Both the position numbers and the translations under genes were made by a program. This document shows, piece by piece, positions 1-13,511 of a stretch of 64,000 nucleotides of DNA (within the stretch, counting starts at the first letter, position 1; every line of letters begins with the position of its first letter). The notes under the pieces are model-generated. The model was not told where the DNA came from, did not search any database, and was given only the letters and a program-made list of their open reading frames with translations. The stretch comes from Camelus ferus. Lineage: Eukaryota. Location: the NCBI RefSeq assembly GCF_009834535.1, contig NC_045697.1, positions 19,222,001 through 19,286,000 of the forward strand. The letters run 5' to 3'.

Positions 1-630
1 CCAGGATGTGGTTTTGCCCACCAGAGGGCCAAGACCCAGCTGTACTCACCAGTGGGAAGACACTGGATCCTCCCACCAGAAAGCTTGCACAAGCCTCTAG
101 ACCAGCCTCACCCACCAGGGGGCAGACACCAGAAGCAAGAAAACTACGATCTTGCAGCCTGCAGAGCAAGTCTGCAAACGCAGGCCAGACCCTACTCCAG
201 GACCAGCTGGCCCCTGGCCCTTGGGTGACAAGAGGAGGGTGCACTGCTGGGATGCATAGGATATCTACAGAGGGCCACTTCTCCAAGGTCAAGAAACATA
301 ACTAACCTACCTACCACATACATAAAAATACAAATAGAAATTTAGACAGAGTGAGGTGGCAGAGGAATGTGTTTCAGACAGAAGAGCAAGGTGAATTCCA
401 GAAGAGGAACTAAGTGATGAGGAGATAGGCAATCTACCTGAGAAAGAATTCAGACTAATGATCCTAAAGTTGACCAAAGAACTCAGGAGGAGAATAGATG
501 CACAGAGCAAGAAGCTAGACGTTTTTAATAAAGATTTAAAAAATATGAAGAACAACCAAACACAGTTTCATCCACAGTAACTGGAATGAAAAATACACTA
601 GAAAGAATCAGTAGCAGACTAAATGAAATT
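1..630 (+). mobile_element. LINE-1 fragment: 5' UTR plus start of degenerate ORF1 (artiodactyl-type), 3'-truncated
   Basis: GC-rich 5'-UTR-like segment with repeated CCCACCAG units, then a disrupted ORF1-like frame EEIGNLPEKEFRLMILKLTKELRRRIDAQSKKLDVFNKDLKNMKNNQT (~418-560); similarity stops near 630. Confidence 0.75.
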
Positions 631-1829
631 ATAAAAAAGAGTTTTATTAAATTATAAATAGTTATGGGTAATATCTTGCTGTTAATCAATTCTAAGAAAA
701 AGAATACTTTTGTAAGACTTAGGTACCATAAGAAATGATAGTTTTATTTAGTGTAAATTAAAGTGCTGTATTCATTTTTCATATTTTTAATGAAAAATTT
801 GGATAGTATTTTTTTCAAAAATTAATTCGATGTCATTGCAATCATCTTTTATTTTCCTTTATATTAATAGGATGCAAGGAGCAGAATTCTCTGAAATACC
901 AAATTGGTGTAATATTTTTATTAGTAGCATTTGTGTAGACTGAAAGCATGTGTAAACTACAAATAGGTGTGGTATTTGTCTTCTATAAGAGTTTATTTAT
1001 TTTGCAAGTAAACTGGTTGAGCAGGACTTAGAAGTCATTTCTGTGTGTTTTGGTTTGTCCACACTTCCGTTAAAATAAATAATCATTACTTACTAGATAA
1101 AGTATTCTGTTTGCATGGAATAACAAGTGTAAGAGGGCAATTTATAGTTTAAGAAGAACTCTGAATTTAATTATTTGGTAATAACTTGTTCATTTGTCTC
1201 CAACACTGTTTCACCAAAGTAAGCAGAATTACTTTCTTCTCCACTGGCATAGCTGGAGCCTGAAAAAAAAGTTAAAACAGGAAAGCACTTCTGAATCTGG
1301 GAAATCAGTCAATTGCAAGAAAACAAAAAAATACAACTGGGAATTGTTGAATAGACAATTAGAAAAGCCAAAAAAAGAAAAGAAAGAGGGAAAAGAAACC
1401 GGTTACTTCAGCTCTAGCCCATTAAAGTAGAGAAATAGTAAAGTTTAAATGTTATAGTGATTTAAACCAATGTAACCATCATGTTCCTAAAAAAATTACG
1501 TAAATATCAGATTATTCCTGAATGCAGCTAAAATCAAGAGAAGAATTGGCCTTCCTTTGCAGTCTAGTTTTCAAAAGGTATCATAAATATTTTTATACTA
1601 GTTTCTTAGTTTTTTGCTAAATAACATCATAAATCCATACTAGAAGTTTTTTAATATTGTGAATTTAAGATCTTACATCGTTTCAACCTGGTATTAAATG
1701 GATATTGAACAGCAAGTAAACTTTCTGTGGATTCTGAGGCTTCATAATTACTTAGGGCCTCTCATCTTTTAGATCCTGATAGCTTGAGAAACCCCACGGG
1801 ACAGCTGTTTTTTCCTAGAGAGACAGTAT

Positions 1830-2060
1830 CCCAAAGAAAGTGTGGAGCTTGACTTCCTGTATTCAAGTCTTTATGTAACACTTACTAGATACATTCCTTT
1901 GGGTAACTACCATAATGTTTCTGTTCTTTGCTTTCCCCATCTGTAAAATGTAGGTAATAATAGTACCCACCTTAGAGGACTGTGTGAAGGATTAAATGAG
2001 TTAATATATAGAGTTTAGGACAATACTTGACAGCAAATAATGGCCTAGTGTTTGCTTAGT
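1830..2060 (+). mobile_element. MIR SINE remnant
   Basis: MIR core 'tttccccatctgtaaaatgtaggtaataatagtacccaccttagagg...gaaggattaaatgagttaatata'. Confidence 0.75.
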
Positions 2061-2149
2061 GTTAAAAGATTACCATAGTTTCTTGAAGAAAACCACAGAC
2101 TACAAAGTAATAAATAAGTTAGCAATTATTAGAACTCTCTACCTACAGA

Positions 2150-3540
2150 ATAGAGAAGGAAAGATTATTAATACAATTTTTAATTTCTTCATTGAAAGCA
2201 GTTTCAGAGTTAGTGAAAACTCGCAGGACCAGAATGAAGAACTCTTACATACACTTTGTCTAGAGACCCTCATTCCGATTTGCCATTTGTCCTAATAATG
2301 ATCTTTTTAGCCAAAGATCTAGGATTATATGTTACAACCAGTTGTCCTGGCTTTGTAGTCCTCTTTATTATTATTTTTTTTAAGCTTTTAAGTAACTTTT
2401 TTTTAAGGTTTTTTTTTAAGTAACTTGTTTTATTTAAATGTATTTATCCTCTTGTATTTACTTTTCTTGTCCTCTTTAATCTGAAGCAATTCCGTAGTAT
2501 TTCCTGGACTTGCATGTCTTTGACCAGTAATTTTCAAACGTGTCATTTTATAGATTGTTTCTAAATTAGGATTTGTTTGATGTTTTCATACGAGGAGATC
2601 CATGTTAGGCATTATGGGCTGGACTGTCACAGAAATGGCTCTTTTCACTGTATCCTTGTGAGTGGCACAAAATCACATTCCTCATATCGCTTTCACCCAC
2701 TAGTTTTAACATCATCGATGTTTTTTCCCTGAATTAATTTTTACTCTGAAAGTTGCCAAACTATAATTTTTCAAATTCCATCATTCTATTTATTAGTTGC
2801 ACTCTATTGTAAGGAAGAGATTTAAACAGAGTGTATTATCAACATCTTGTCCTGTGAAAATGGTGGTAGATAACAGACATATCTTGAAAGTAGAAGTTGG
2901 AGACATAGTGAATCTCAGAATCTTACGACTGTTCTGAAGATTGATCTTCTGCATTTATTCATGTATATCAGTGTGGACTCCTGGATTCCTATTTTATTCA
3001 GTGGGTTTGTTGCTGTCATTGTTTTGATCCTCAAATTGCCCAAACACGGCTTGTGGGAATTTCAAGCTGGCTTTTATCTTGTTTTATATGTATGTCTCCA
3101 TCATTTTTTGTATGTATTTTAAATGTGTTTGCATCCTTATTTTCTAACACAAACAAATATTCCAGGCACATTTGGTTATTTCTCAGCCCTAGCCCTGGAA
3201 ACAATCATTTCCCCAAGGAGTTGTGGTTACTTCTAGTTGAGATGGTGTTTAGAAACCAAGATTTGCACGCTGGGTGTTTTCATTGCTATTGAGGTGTTGT
3301 TCCCAAGCCCTCTCAGTGGACAGAGTTAAGAAATACACACCCCTATATTTACTTACCTCTATATTAAAAGTCACATGTTATCACTGATACCTGATAACCA
3401 ATGCACATTGATACTAGTCTAACACTACTGGGTTAATTCTGGCTTAACCTCTTCCCGTTTGTATCTCTGTTCACTGACTGAAAAACCTAGCTCTGTTATC
3501 TTTACTGTGTTAGTTTTTTAATTGCTTAGTTCGCCTGCAC
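2150..3540 (-). mobile_element. Old L1M (L1ME-like) 3'-end fragments
   Basis: Motifs recalled from antisense L1ME 3' ends ('cagccctagccctggaaacaatcatttccccaaggag...tttagaaaccaagatttg', 'gtggactcctggattcctattttattc'). Confidence 0.5.
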
Positions 3541-6083
3541 ATAGTCAGTCCCTTGACACCACTGGACTGCTACTTCACTCAGGAGCCTGCTTTATTGGGA
3601 CCATTAGAACCTCTGCCTTCACAAATCCAACACTGTAGTGTCCTCATTGTCCTCATTATACAGACTCTGCTCACCACTAGCCTATTTTCCCATCCTCATA
3701 TGGAACCTCACTCCCATTGGGTAATTTGAGAATTAAAGTAACTTTGAAGAGAAGTCAAGTGAGCACTATCCAATGACTCTGTGTTAAGGAGTCTGTCTTT
3801 ATGAATGAATTTTTATTACAAAAGCACATTATTCACATTTTTTCCTCACATAATTCCAGCTGTTGACGGAAGTCCCCTGTGAATGGGGTGGCTATTTAGC
3901 ATTTTAATATTTTAATCACTGTGTCAGTAGTACTCACGAAACAAGTGAACTTTTCCTAAAAGTTGTTTTGACATTAATAATAATTAGTTAAACCATTGTT
4001 GTATATAGTTAGGTGAAGCCTTAAATGGAAAATGCTATACGCCAAATAAATGCAGCTAATGGTATTTGTGAACTGTTAAGAGTTTTAAATGCTAAATGTA
4101 GTAGAAAAAGTCATATGTAGTTGCAGATCAAACAAATTTCCTGAGTATAATTGTCTTGATATTGCTTCTACCATTGCAGTTGGTGAGATTTCTGTTCTAG
4201 AAGGAAAAAGGATTAACAGGTTTTGCATGTAATGTCTCTTCTTACATGAAGGTGTGTAATGACAAGCTGCAGAAACTCAGTTGTTAGCTGGGCTTTGTGT
4301 TCATTTTTTGTTTAACTCCCTCTTAAAGTCAATACATCTTCTTACATCAGGCTTTCTGGTAGTCTTGGTAATAATTTCTTGACTCTGGTGTTTTATGTTT
4401 ACTTTATGTAGTGCCCAGTAGTAATTACTGTTCACTCAGTTCATATTTGCTGAATAAAAGAATCCCAAGTCACCTGTACAGAAAACCTTCTGAAGAAACT
4501 TGCAAATTCCAAGAGAAAAATAATGAACATTTGTGAAATATTAATATAAAATTAAAGCAAACATTTGTAAAGCTATAATTTATAATTTTTGTTGTTAAAC
4601 ATATTCTTTAAAAACAGCATTCTCTCCATTTTATGAAGCTTAGCAATGCTTTTGAAAAAGTTTGTTGCTTTATCCAGAAATGCCACTGAAAAGAGTGAAT
4701 GCAAAGATGACATTTTCCTGGCAGCCTTGGTTAATAAATCATTTTGTTATTCTTTATTCATCCAACAAGTATTAATTGAGTTCCTCAGAAACATCTGCCA
4801 ATTCCACATTTGTTTTGTGCCTGCTATATTTTTGGCATTGTATAATGTGTTGGAAATATAGAAATGAATAGGAGACATTGTCTGTCTTAAAGAATTTATC
4901 TTCATTTGATGTGAAATACTCTATTTGCAGTTCAGTGTTTTTTTTAAAAAATAAATAAATTTAAAAAAAAATAAAAGACTGTGGGCTGAGTGTAAAAGGG
5001 AAGATGCAAAACCAGAGATTCAGCTGCTCTGTCCCTGAGGTGATATCTTCAATGACACCATAATGAGATATTTGGGAGGACTTGACTAAACATTTAGTAC
5101 CCTAATAGCCATTGAGTCCACTGGTTTTGTTGACTTATTTATAAAGAAAGCAAATTCCTTAAATTACTTGATTATGAAAAATTTCTGATCTGATGCTTAT
5201 TTATTGTTTTATGTTGATAATTACATTTGTGGAGCACTTCTGCCATTCCTAAGAGTTACTTCCACGTACATTTTGTTAGTTAATCTTCAGAACAGTCATA
5301 CAATTTTGAGACTCAGTGTTTCTCCAGCTTTTATTTTTAAGATAATGTCTTTGTTATTCTCTCACCATCTTCACAGAATGAGGTGTTGATAACATACTCT
5401 GTTAAAATGATAAGCTTGCAGTTTACAGAAGAAAAAGTAATAAAGCCTTCCCTTAGTGTCTGTTGTACCGCTGTTGGGAAGAGAAAAATCCCAGTAAGTT
5501 TTGAGTTCTGAATGTTCAGACATTTACCAACATTTAGCTAGTGTGCCTAAAAATTGCATGTAATTCTTGTGTGATAAAAGGTAAGCAGCTCATGAGAGAA
5601 GTGTGTATTTCTCTTTGGTACAACTACTAATATCTAGACTTCGCAAGTTCAGGGTGTGGCTTTTAGGTGTCCAAATATAGCATGTTGCAGGAATTTAGTC
5701 CATGTTACAGAGACATGCCCCACTGACCACCGTGCAGACGAGGCGCTCACATGCTGGCACTGTTCTAAAGATAAGCCTCTCTTGATTGTGCTGAGCAGCT
5801 GATCATCTAAAGTCTCACTCAGAAATGACACCACAAAATCTATAAACTGCTTGAGTTAGGATGAAGTGTGGAAGGCTTAAACTTTTTTCATCTTTTATAT
5901 TTTAAGAAGCTTTTTTTGTGTTTATATTACATTTAGTTTAAGTTGCTTTTCATCAAATGCCATGTTGAACCATAGGTTAATTGCATTTTTCCATGATGAA
6001 TGATGTCCGTCACTGTAAAGAGAATTTAAAAGGCTTCTGTAACTTTAAATTCTTAGTTGAAATTGCATTTGGAAAAGTGGTGA

Positions 6084-6236
6084 GGGGGGAGGATATAGCT
6101 CAAGTGGTAGAGCGCATGCTTAGTATACACAAAGTCCTGGGTTCAATCCCCAGTATCTCCTCTAAAAATAAATAAATAAACCCTCCCCCCAAAAGATTAT
6201 AAAATAAAATAAATTTTAAAAAATTATATTAAAAAA
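6084..6236 (+). mobile_element. tRNA-Ala-derived SINE (camelid Vic-1-like) with 12-bp target-site duplication
   Basis: GGGGGGAGGATATAGCTCAAGTGGTAGAGCGCATGCTTAGTATACACAAAGTCCTGGGTTCAATCCCCAGTATCTCC carries Pol III A box (6096-6107) and B box (6140-6150), then an A-rich tail; exact TSD GAAAAGTGGTGA at 6072-6083 and 6237-6248. Confidence 0.9.
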
Positions 6237-6825
6237 GAAAAGTGGTGAATACTGATGTGCACTTATATTTTAGGAATTAGTACTTCACATAAACATGCCA
6301 ATAATTCAGATATTTTTCAAATAGCAAATAGGTTTTACCTTGTATATCACAGTAGCTTCAAAATATAGAGCTTCTTTCAGTAACCATCTCATAGGCCATC
6401 TTTAAATATAGTTACTTTTTGTTAAAAATGTTTATTCTTTCTCCTTTCTGACCCCCTTACCAAACCTTTCTTTTGATTACTTATAAAGATGTTTTCATAC
6501 TTCAGTAGAAAGCAGCAAGTGTGTATTTAACTGTACTGTATTTAACTGTACAGTACTGTATTATGATATCAGAAGTTTATTTCTTTAAAATGTTAGTTTG
6601 CCAAAAGAAACTTGTTAATGCCAGTTGCTTTCTTAACATTAAGAACAACATAATTTTTTTTATCATAAATTTAGGCTATAGCAGTTTTCAAAGAGTAGAA
6701 GAGCTATTAAGGAATGAAATGCAAAGTAAATGTAAATGGTGTGTCTTATATCCAAGGTGTGACACAGCTGATTGTGAATCTGGCTGTATTTTGAAATTTT
6801 CTCAGCATGCAGAGGAGAAGTGGAG

Positions 6826-7085
6826 GAGGAGCATAATGCTTAAGAGTTGGGGCTTTGAAGTCAGTAGACAGAGTTTTAAAATCCTGTCTCCGCTGCTTAT
6901 TACTTCATGGATGAATTTAGACAAGTTACTCATTCTCTCTGAGCCTCAGCTTCCTGATCTGTAAACCAAGATTATAATACTACTTCTAAAAGTTACTTCA
7001 TAGGGCTGTTGAAAGAATTTCATGAGATAATTCATTTATCACAGTTACTGGAACTTGCCAGGTGCTCATGAAATGTTAGCTTCTG
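6826..7085 (+). mobile_element. Near full-length MIR SINE
   Basis: 'gcttaagagttggggctttgaagtcag...gacaagttactcattctctctgagcctcagcttcctgatctgtaaa...catagggctgttg...gtgctcatgaaatgttagct'. Confidence 0.8.
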
Positions 7086-10000
7086 CTGAATGAACGTGTC
7101 TCCACACGCACACTAATGCTTTATAATTAGAAATTAGCTTTTCCCCACAGTTCTTAGGTGATTTAACAAATCATCTTTAAAGGTTTTTAGGACAGCATGT
7201 ATTTATATTAAATATAACAGATGAAAACTGATATGGTGGCACTTCACTAAGCTTTTTGTATTTTGTATTTTTAGGCCTATAACATAGTACAAGTATATGG
7301 CTAAGTGCATTAGGTGCATTGGTTTTTATAAGATTCCCTTGTATGGATGAAATGTGCAAATAAATACATATGTTTTAATCTTTTGAAGTTTCTCTTTCAC
7401 ACTGTTTGTGTCTCACATTTGCTTAAGGCAGGGATGGACTGGAAACACACAAATTCTCCTCTCATCCTTCTGTCAAACGTAGCTGTAAACTGGCACCTTC
7501 TAACCTCCATTATGTTGTAGGTCTCTGTGATCCTCCTTTGGAGTCAAGGATTCTCTAATGTTGCTTTGAAATGTGGTATCGTGAAAACAGTATTTGTTTT
7601 TCACACAACTGTGGGGTAGCAGGTGGACACCATTAAAAACAAAACAAAACAGATTCTTTAAAGAAGAAAAAAGTCAGTTATATATCCAGCTGATATTTAA
7701 ATGGCAACTTTATGCTGGGCTACTGGAAACTTACAATAATATAATAGGAACATAAGATGTAATTAAGCAAATCTTTACAAAATAAGGCAGTACATATGAT
7801 ATTCCATTTGGTAGAAATAGTACTTACTATAGAAATTCAGCAGAGGGAGAGATCACTTTCGGTTGGAGTGTTTCTTCTACTTAGAACCTAGTTTGTACAA
7901 CTGAGGATGTACCTATGCATGACTCATGAGTCTTTTTTAGAAGGCTGCTTTAGCTGGATGGCCACAGGAATGCTAGTTTCTTTACCTCTCTGTTGCTGGC
8001 TATTTCTGGCCCTTCCTGTCTCTTCATTTTCCCCATTACTACAAATCCTGCTGCTGTTTAAAAGCTTTTTCTCTTTGGACCTAGTTATCATTTTTCATCT
8101 TTTTAAAATGCTGATCCAAAATAATTGTATGTTGGTGGGATTGACAGTAGCAAGTAGGAAGGGGAAGAAAGGGAAACTGTTCTGGTGTAGAATCAGGAAC
8201 CTCATTCCCAGTTACAGAAATAGCCCTTTTGATGGCAGCCAGGGAGAGGGATGATGGAAGAGTTCTCATCTTGCCTCTGTTCTGTGAAAATCCATAAATG
8301 TGTGCCCCCTCATTTCCTGGAGATTTGGTTCTAGTTACTCTCCTGTCCCCAGGCTCCCCTGTCCCACACTGTTTCCTTTGCTCCAGAGCCCTGCTCCAGC
8401 TGTGAACCCCCTGACCCTTTGAAATCCTGCCCTTCAGGCTATTAGAGCCCCTTTTCAAGTCACTCCCATGGTGAAGAACTGGCATAGCTCCATTGGGCTA
8501 TTATGTTACTACCTCCAGGCCTTCAGTAGGCCATGATGCATGCTTGATGTCTTTAGTGGAATCCTGAATCCATTAATGTAATTACCCATGGCAGATTGTT
8601 CATATGTAATGTTTAACTATTGTATTACTATTAGTACTATATGCCTGGAAGTTTTGTTTCTGGGAGAAAATGTGTTTTGAGTTTTAAAGTTAAATAGTGA
8701 GCTGTCATTTAAGTCAGGAGCCACCTATATTTGCAGTGATCTTGGGAGACAGAAGATTAGAATTCCGTGTTTAGCTCTCCCAGTTACTAGACATGTGTAA
8801 CTACATGTGTGATTACATAGCCTCTCTTGGCCAAGGCTCCCGTACAGACTGTAGAGATAATCGCTGTCTCTCCCATGTGGTTATGGGGGTGTTAAATGAG
8901 AATGCATGTAAAAGTGTGTAATAAAGTGCAAAATCCTGTATCAAAGGAATGTGGCATTATAGTGTTAACTATTACCAGGTTAGATAAAAGAAGTAGTTCC
9001 TGCTCTCTAGGAACTCACCATCCAGAGGGTAACAGGCATGAACAGTTCCATTAGTGTATGTGGCAGATCTCATGGCAGATGTATATACATGTGATCAGGA
9101 GCACAAAGGAGAGCAACTGTATTCTGGAAATGGAAGGAATAGGGGAAACTTTGAGGAGGAGGGAACTCCTGATCTGTCTTAAAGGCTAAGGAAGAGCACG
9201 CCTGGCCAAGAAAGAAGAAGGGAGAGCCATTCCAGGTGGAAGGAGGGGCATGGGGGAACATGACAGATTCGGAAAGGAGCGTATATGGCTGCAAGTGTGG
9301 AGCATAAACTATCTACTTGTAGTGCCTGATTCGATTATCAGGACCACTTACCCAACTCTGAAGAGGCAATGTTATTGGTCAGTGGTTAACAACTCAAGAA
9401 ACGGGCTTGGTCTGAAACCTGGTTTGACTGTTTACTAATCTGTTTTATCTGATTAAGAACTTCACCTTCATAAACTTACAGGTTCAATATGATGATAAAA
9501 GTACCTACTTCACAGTGTCGTTACAATGGTTGTTTTAAATAACTTGCAAATCTCTCAGTGTTTAATAACACATAGTAAATTTTCAGGAGCAATTTTTGTT
9601 TCTTTCCTGGAAGTTCTTAGAGTTAACTTTTCCCCTCTCAGTAATCTGTAATCTGTTGTTACAGGTTAACAGTTCAGCAGTATTTTAAACACCGCATCTT
9701 GTTTATTATAATGCAATAATTAAAAACAGAATTTGAATGAATTTTAAAGATGGTCTAGCTCAAAGTCATTATTTTGTGTGTTGAGAAACTGAGTCACAGT
9801 TAAATAACCTGGCTGTGATACCATAGTGAGTTAGTGGCACAGCCAGGACTAGAATCAGGTCTATTTGCATTCTAGAGTTCTTTCTATTGGTCTTGGAATA
9901 AATTGCCAAAAATCATCCAGAGACACTAACCTATAGCATTGGCCACAATTTCTAGCAGAAACGATGTTAGCTAACGATGTGAAGATAGACAATTCTGTAG

Positions 10001-12044
10001 CTTTGCAGATAGATAAAACATATTTTTAAAAGAAATGCCGTATCCTTCTCTGCCTGCCCCTCTGGTGGACGTGCTGTTTAACAACAGCGCGAGTGAAAGA
10101 GCAGTGAGAGGCGGGTGATGAGGAACTGGATAATTCTTAAATGAGTAACTCCTTTGCCATCAAGAATTTCTTACACAAACAAGTTCCTATTTCTCTTTAT
10201 TTGGATCTCCTCTCTAAAATGTGGATATAGATTTTTCATAACACACTTGTCAATTCAACATGGTCTTCTTCATTTATTCAAGGGGGTCCAACAGATAATC
10301 TGTTGAGAGCCTTTTGTTTCCTAAGTTCTAGGGCTAGAATGGTGAGCGAGAAACTTATGCTTCAGTGCTATAAACAGATGTTGCAGCAATAATCATACAG
10401 ATAAATAATTATAATTAGTTAAATGCTATGCCTAAAAAGTATAGAGTGATATATGATTGTATAGCAATGTTTGTGAAGACTCTTCGAGGAATTACAGTTT
10501 AAACTGAGATATGAAGGCTCAGTGAAGTAAATAGGCAAAGATGAGTCAGAGGGATGAGAAAAGGAAAGAGGAAACAGCATGTGCAAAGGCCCTGAGGAAA
10601 GACATAGTATTATCTGTCCCAAGAATTGAAAGATGATTATTGCATTTGGAGCAGAGAAAACTAATAGAAAATACAGGCCCTGGTCATGAGAAGACAAGAT
10701 ATTTACTAAATCACTGAAGAAACCAAACAGCACAAGAAGTGAACCTCTCCCCAAAGTAAACTGTATGCTCTGTGTCGGAATTTTGTTGTTTTAAAGATTC
10801 ATTGTAAAGATAACTACTTTGGGGCCACTTTTATATTCTCTTTACTAGATACAGTAACACGAGGATTTGGGCACTTTAAACATTTATTCTTTTTCGTTTG
10901 ATTTTTCTTCCTTTCTATCCCAGCTCATTTGGAATTGAGGGAATATTTTGATGTACTGTAGTGTTTAGATCAGCGACTTTTGCTGTTGATCAGTTGAACA
11001 GCCATAGAAATGACAAAGAGAATCTTATCCTGTTTTCTTGGCTGAGCTTTCTGTGTGGGTGTGTGAGGTGCAGCTGCGCTGTTGGTTTCTTGGCACTCAA
11101 GACAAGGCAATTCTCAATGCAGTTCATCTTGAATAGGAAGAAACTTAAGAGTAAAAAGACTGCTTTGAATGTATTAATTTCAGTGGAAAGCACCCAGGGC
11201 CTAAACCTTTGGCTGATATTTATTCTAAGTTATTTGGCTAAATGGATACAGCAGCCTTAGGCACAGGTCCAAGCTGTGGCAGGAACACATGAAGGAGAGA
11301 TCATAAAAAAAAAAGCTTTGTCTCAGTGTAAAATTACCAATTACCATATATAATTTAAAAATTAATTTTTGTTAATGCTTTATTTAAGCATTTTTCTAAA
11401 GAACACTTAATGAAAAATGCAGATTGTAAAAATCTGGCTTTGCATGCAAAAGTAAATTCATAATTTTCTATAGTTTATCAGAAAGATCTTATCTCAGATT
11501 TATCACAGATGGATTCTCAGATCTGCTTTTATACTCACTTGTTTTCTTCACTCTCCTTTGGCCTCTTCTGTGCTCTGTAAGCTTTTTGTTTTTCCAAACC
11601 CTCAAATTAAATGCAGGCAATATGGAGCTCTTCTTTTTTCAAGCCCACTTGCATCCTTCCCTTTGGATAAACTCATCATTGTTCTTCGCATTCTTCATTC
11701 AGAAATGTTTGAGTTGCTTCCGCGTTGAACTGCTTGTTTTTATGTCTACTGTTATTTAATATTAGTGCTGTCAGACTTCATAGGATCAGGTCCTGAGGTC
11801 AGTTAGCCTGAGTTCAGATCCATTCCTGCTGCTGACTGTCTTGGTCCTGTTAACTTCTCAGTTTCTCTTCTCCAGAATGAAGATAATCATGTTAGTTCTC
11901 ATACCTTTTTTTTTTTTTAAGGCTTAAAGGAAAAAATGCATATAAATGGCTTAATTCAAAATAAGTATTCAGGAGAAGAGATGTTAGCTATTATTTATTT
12001 TATGATTTAGAGCCAGTCTCCTAGAAGCCGTTAATAGCTATTCT

Positions 12045-13020
12045 CAACTACTGGGTGATCTCATTCAGTCTAAAGACCATCTATACGTATGACTCCTAAT
12101 TTATATCTCTGTTCCTAACCTCACTCTTCCCTAAGCTCGGGACTTGAATATTTGACTGCTAGTGTATATCTACACTTAAATATCTAATACTTACTTCAAA
12201 CAAAACGTCTAAAAACAGAACTTTCGATCTCTATCACCTATCTCCACTTGCCTCCCCAGTCTGTACCTCCTATCTCAGTTAGCGGTACGACTCTCTGTGC
12301 TTTTTTGGGCTTTCCTTTAGCTACTAGCCCCCATCCATTTCATTGACACATCTAACAGCATTTTTCCCAGAATATGTCTTGAATCTGACCCCTCGGCACC
12401 GTATCCTCTCCTAGCACTGTGGTTCAAGGCTGTCCCTTTTGCTGGGACAGTTACAGAAGGAATGTTCTCCTTATATCTCTCTGTTTTCAGTCTTTTCTCC
12501 TACAGTCCATTCTCCACATTGAATAGTGATATTTTAAAAACATGAATTATTTACCCCTCCTTCTGATTATTGAAATTAGAAAAATATCCAGAATTTTTGA
12601 AAGTCTTCAGTGACCTGGCCCCTCTGAATACTTTCTATCCCACAAACATAGCTAGTTCATTCCTTATCTTAAGGTTTTTACATGAGCTTTCCCCCCTGTT
12701 TGGATTACTTTTGCTTCTAAATTATCACAGTGTTGGCTCCTTGCAACTTTTAGGTCTCAGTTCAGATAACACTTCCTCAGAGAGGCTTACCCTGGCATCG
12801 TTCATTTCTTTCTTAATAGATGATCACTATCTGAAATTTCCCCTTTTCTTCCTTCTTTCGTTAATTGCCCCTCCCCACTCCCAAAATGATTTGTTTTATG
12901 AGGACAAAGACTTTATCCATCTTGTTTACTGCCATATTCCCAGTGCTTAGAACCTGATACTCGAAAGGTTTACAGTGTTACATAGATGGACGGCTAAACA
13001 CAAGAATGAATGAATAAATA
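12045..13020 (+). mobile_element. LINE-2 3' fragment
   Basis: Typical L2 3' end 'tatgaggacaaagactttatccatcttgtttactgccatattcccagtgcttagaac...aatgaatgaataaa'. Confidence 0.65.
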
Positions 13021-13399
13021 TACATCTCGTAAGTTTTCTACAACCAGGGAAATGATGGATTATTTCATCCTGTTCAAACTTTACATAAATGCTTATGTTA
13101 GAATTAACCATGCTAATATTTTGTTCTCTTTTCCTTTATGTGTCTTCTCTGTTCTAGATTGTAAGCCCTTACGGGTAGGAGGTATGTCCCCATTGTTTTT
13201 CCCTTCTCATCAAACACTGAATATCATTTTACTACTTACTGTTGATTGAATTGAATTGAAAGTCAGTCTAACATCTTTATTTCCCCTGAAGTTACAGTAA
13301 TTGTATATGTGTGTGTGTATATAAATATACATATATAATTTATATAAATTCTGTAAGCAGATGTCTTTAAAACATGTCTTCTTCTTTTATCTTTTGCAG

Positions 13400-13511
13400 T
13401 TCATAATTGGACCCTTGAGGACACACTTCAGTGGTTGATAGAATTTGTTGAACTACCCCAATATGAGAAGAATTTTAGAGACAATAATGTCAAAGGAACA
13501 ACGCTTCCCAG
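13400..13511 (+). CDS. STIM2: STIM2 exon 4 (start of SAM domain)
   Basis: ttttgcag|...|gtgtgt; 112 nt encoding (V)HNWTLEDTLQWLIEFVELPQYEKNFRDNNVKGTTLP(R); phase 1 in, phase 2 out. Confidence 0.97.

Noticed and set aside
6..555. ORFs 6..305 (+) and 307..555 (-) as genes
   Set aside because: They lie in the L1 5' UTR and on the antisense strand of degenerate L1 ORF1.
6084..6162. Functional tRNA-Ala gene
   Set aside because: Anticodon region altered (AGT rather than AGC), extra bases at the 5' end, plus an A-rich tail and perfect TSD: it is a SINE.
6522..6551. 15-bp tandem repeat TGTATTTAACTGTAC x2
   Set aside because: Two-copy slippage duplication with no sign of function.
6521..6964. 147-aa ORF
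   Set aside because: GTG start, AT-rich intronic sequence running into a MIR, no recognisable domain.
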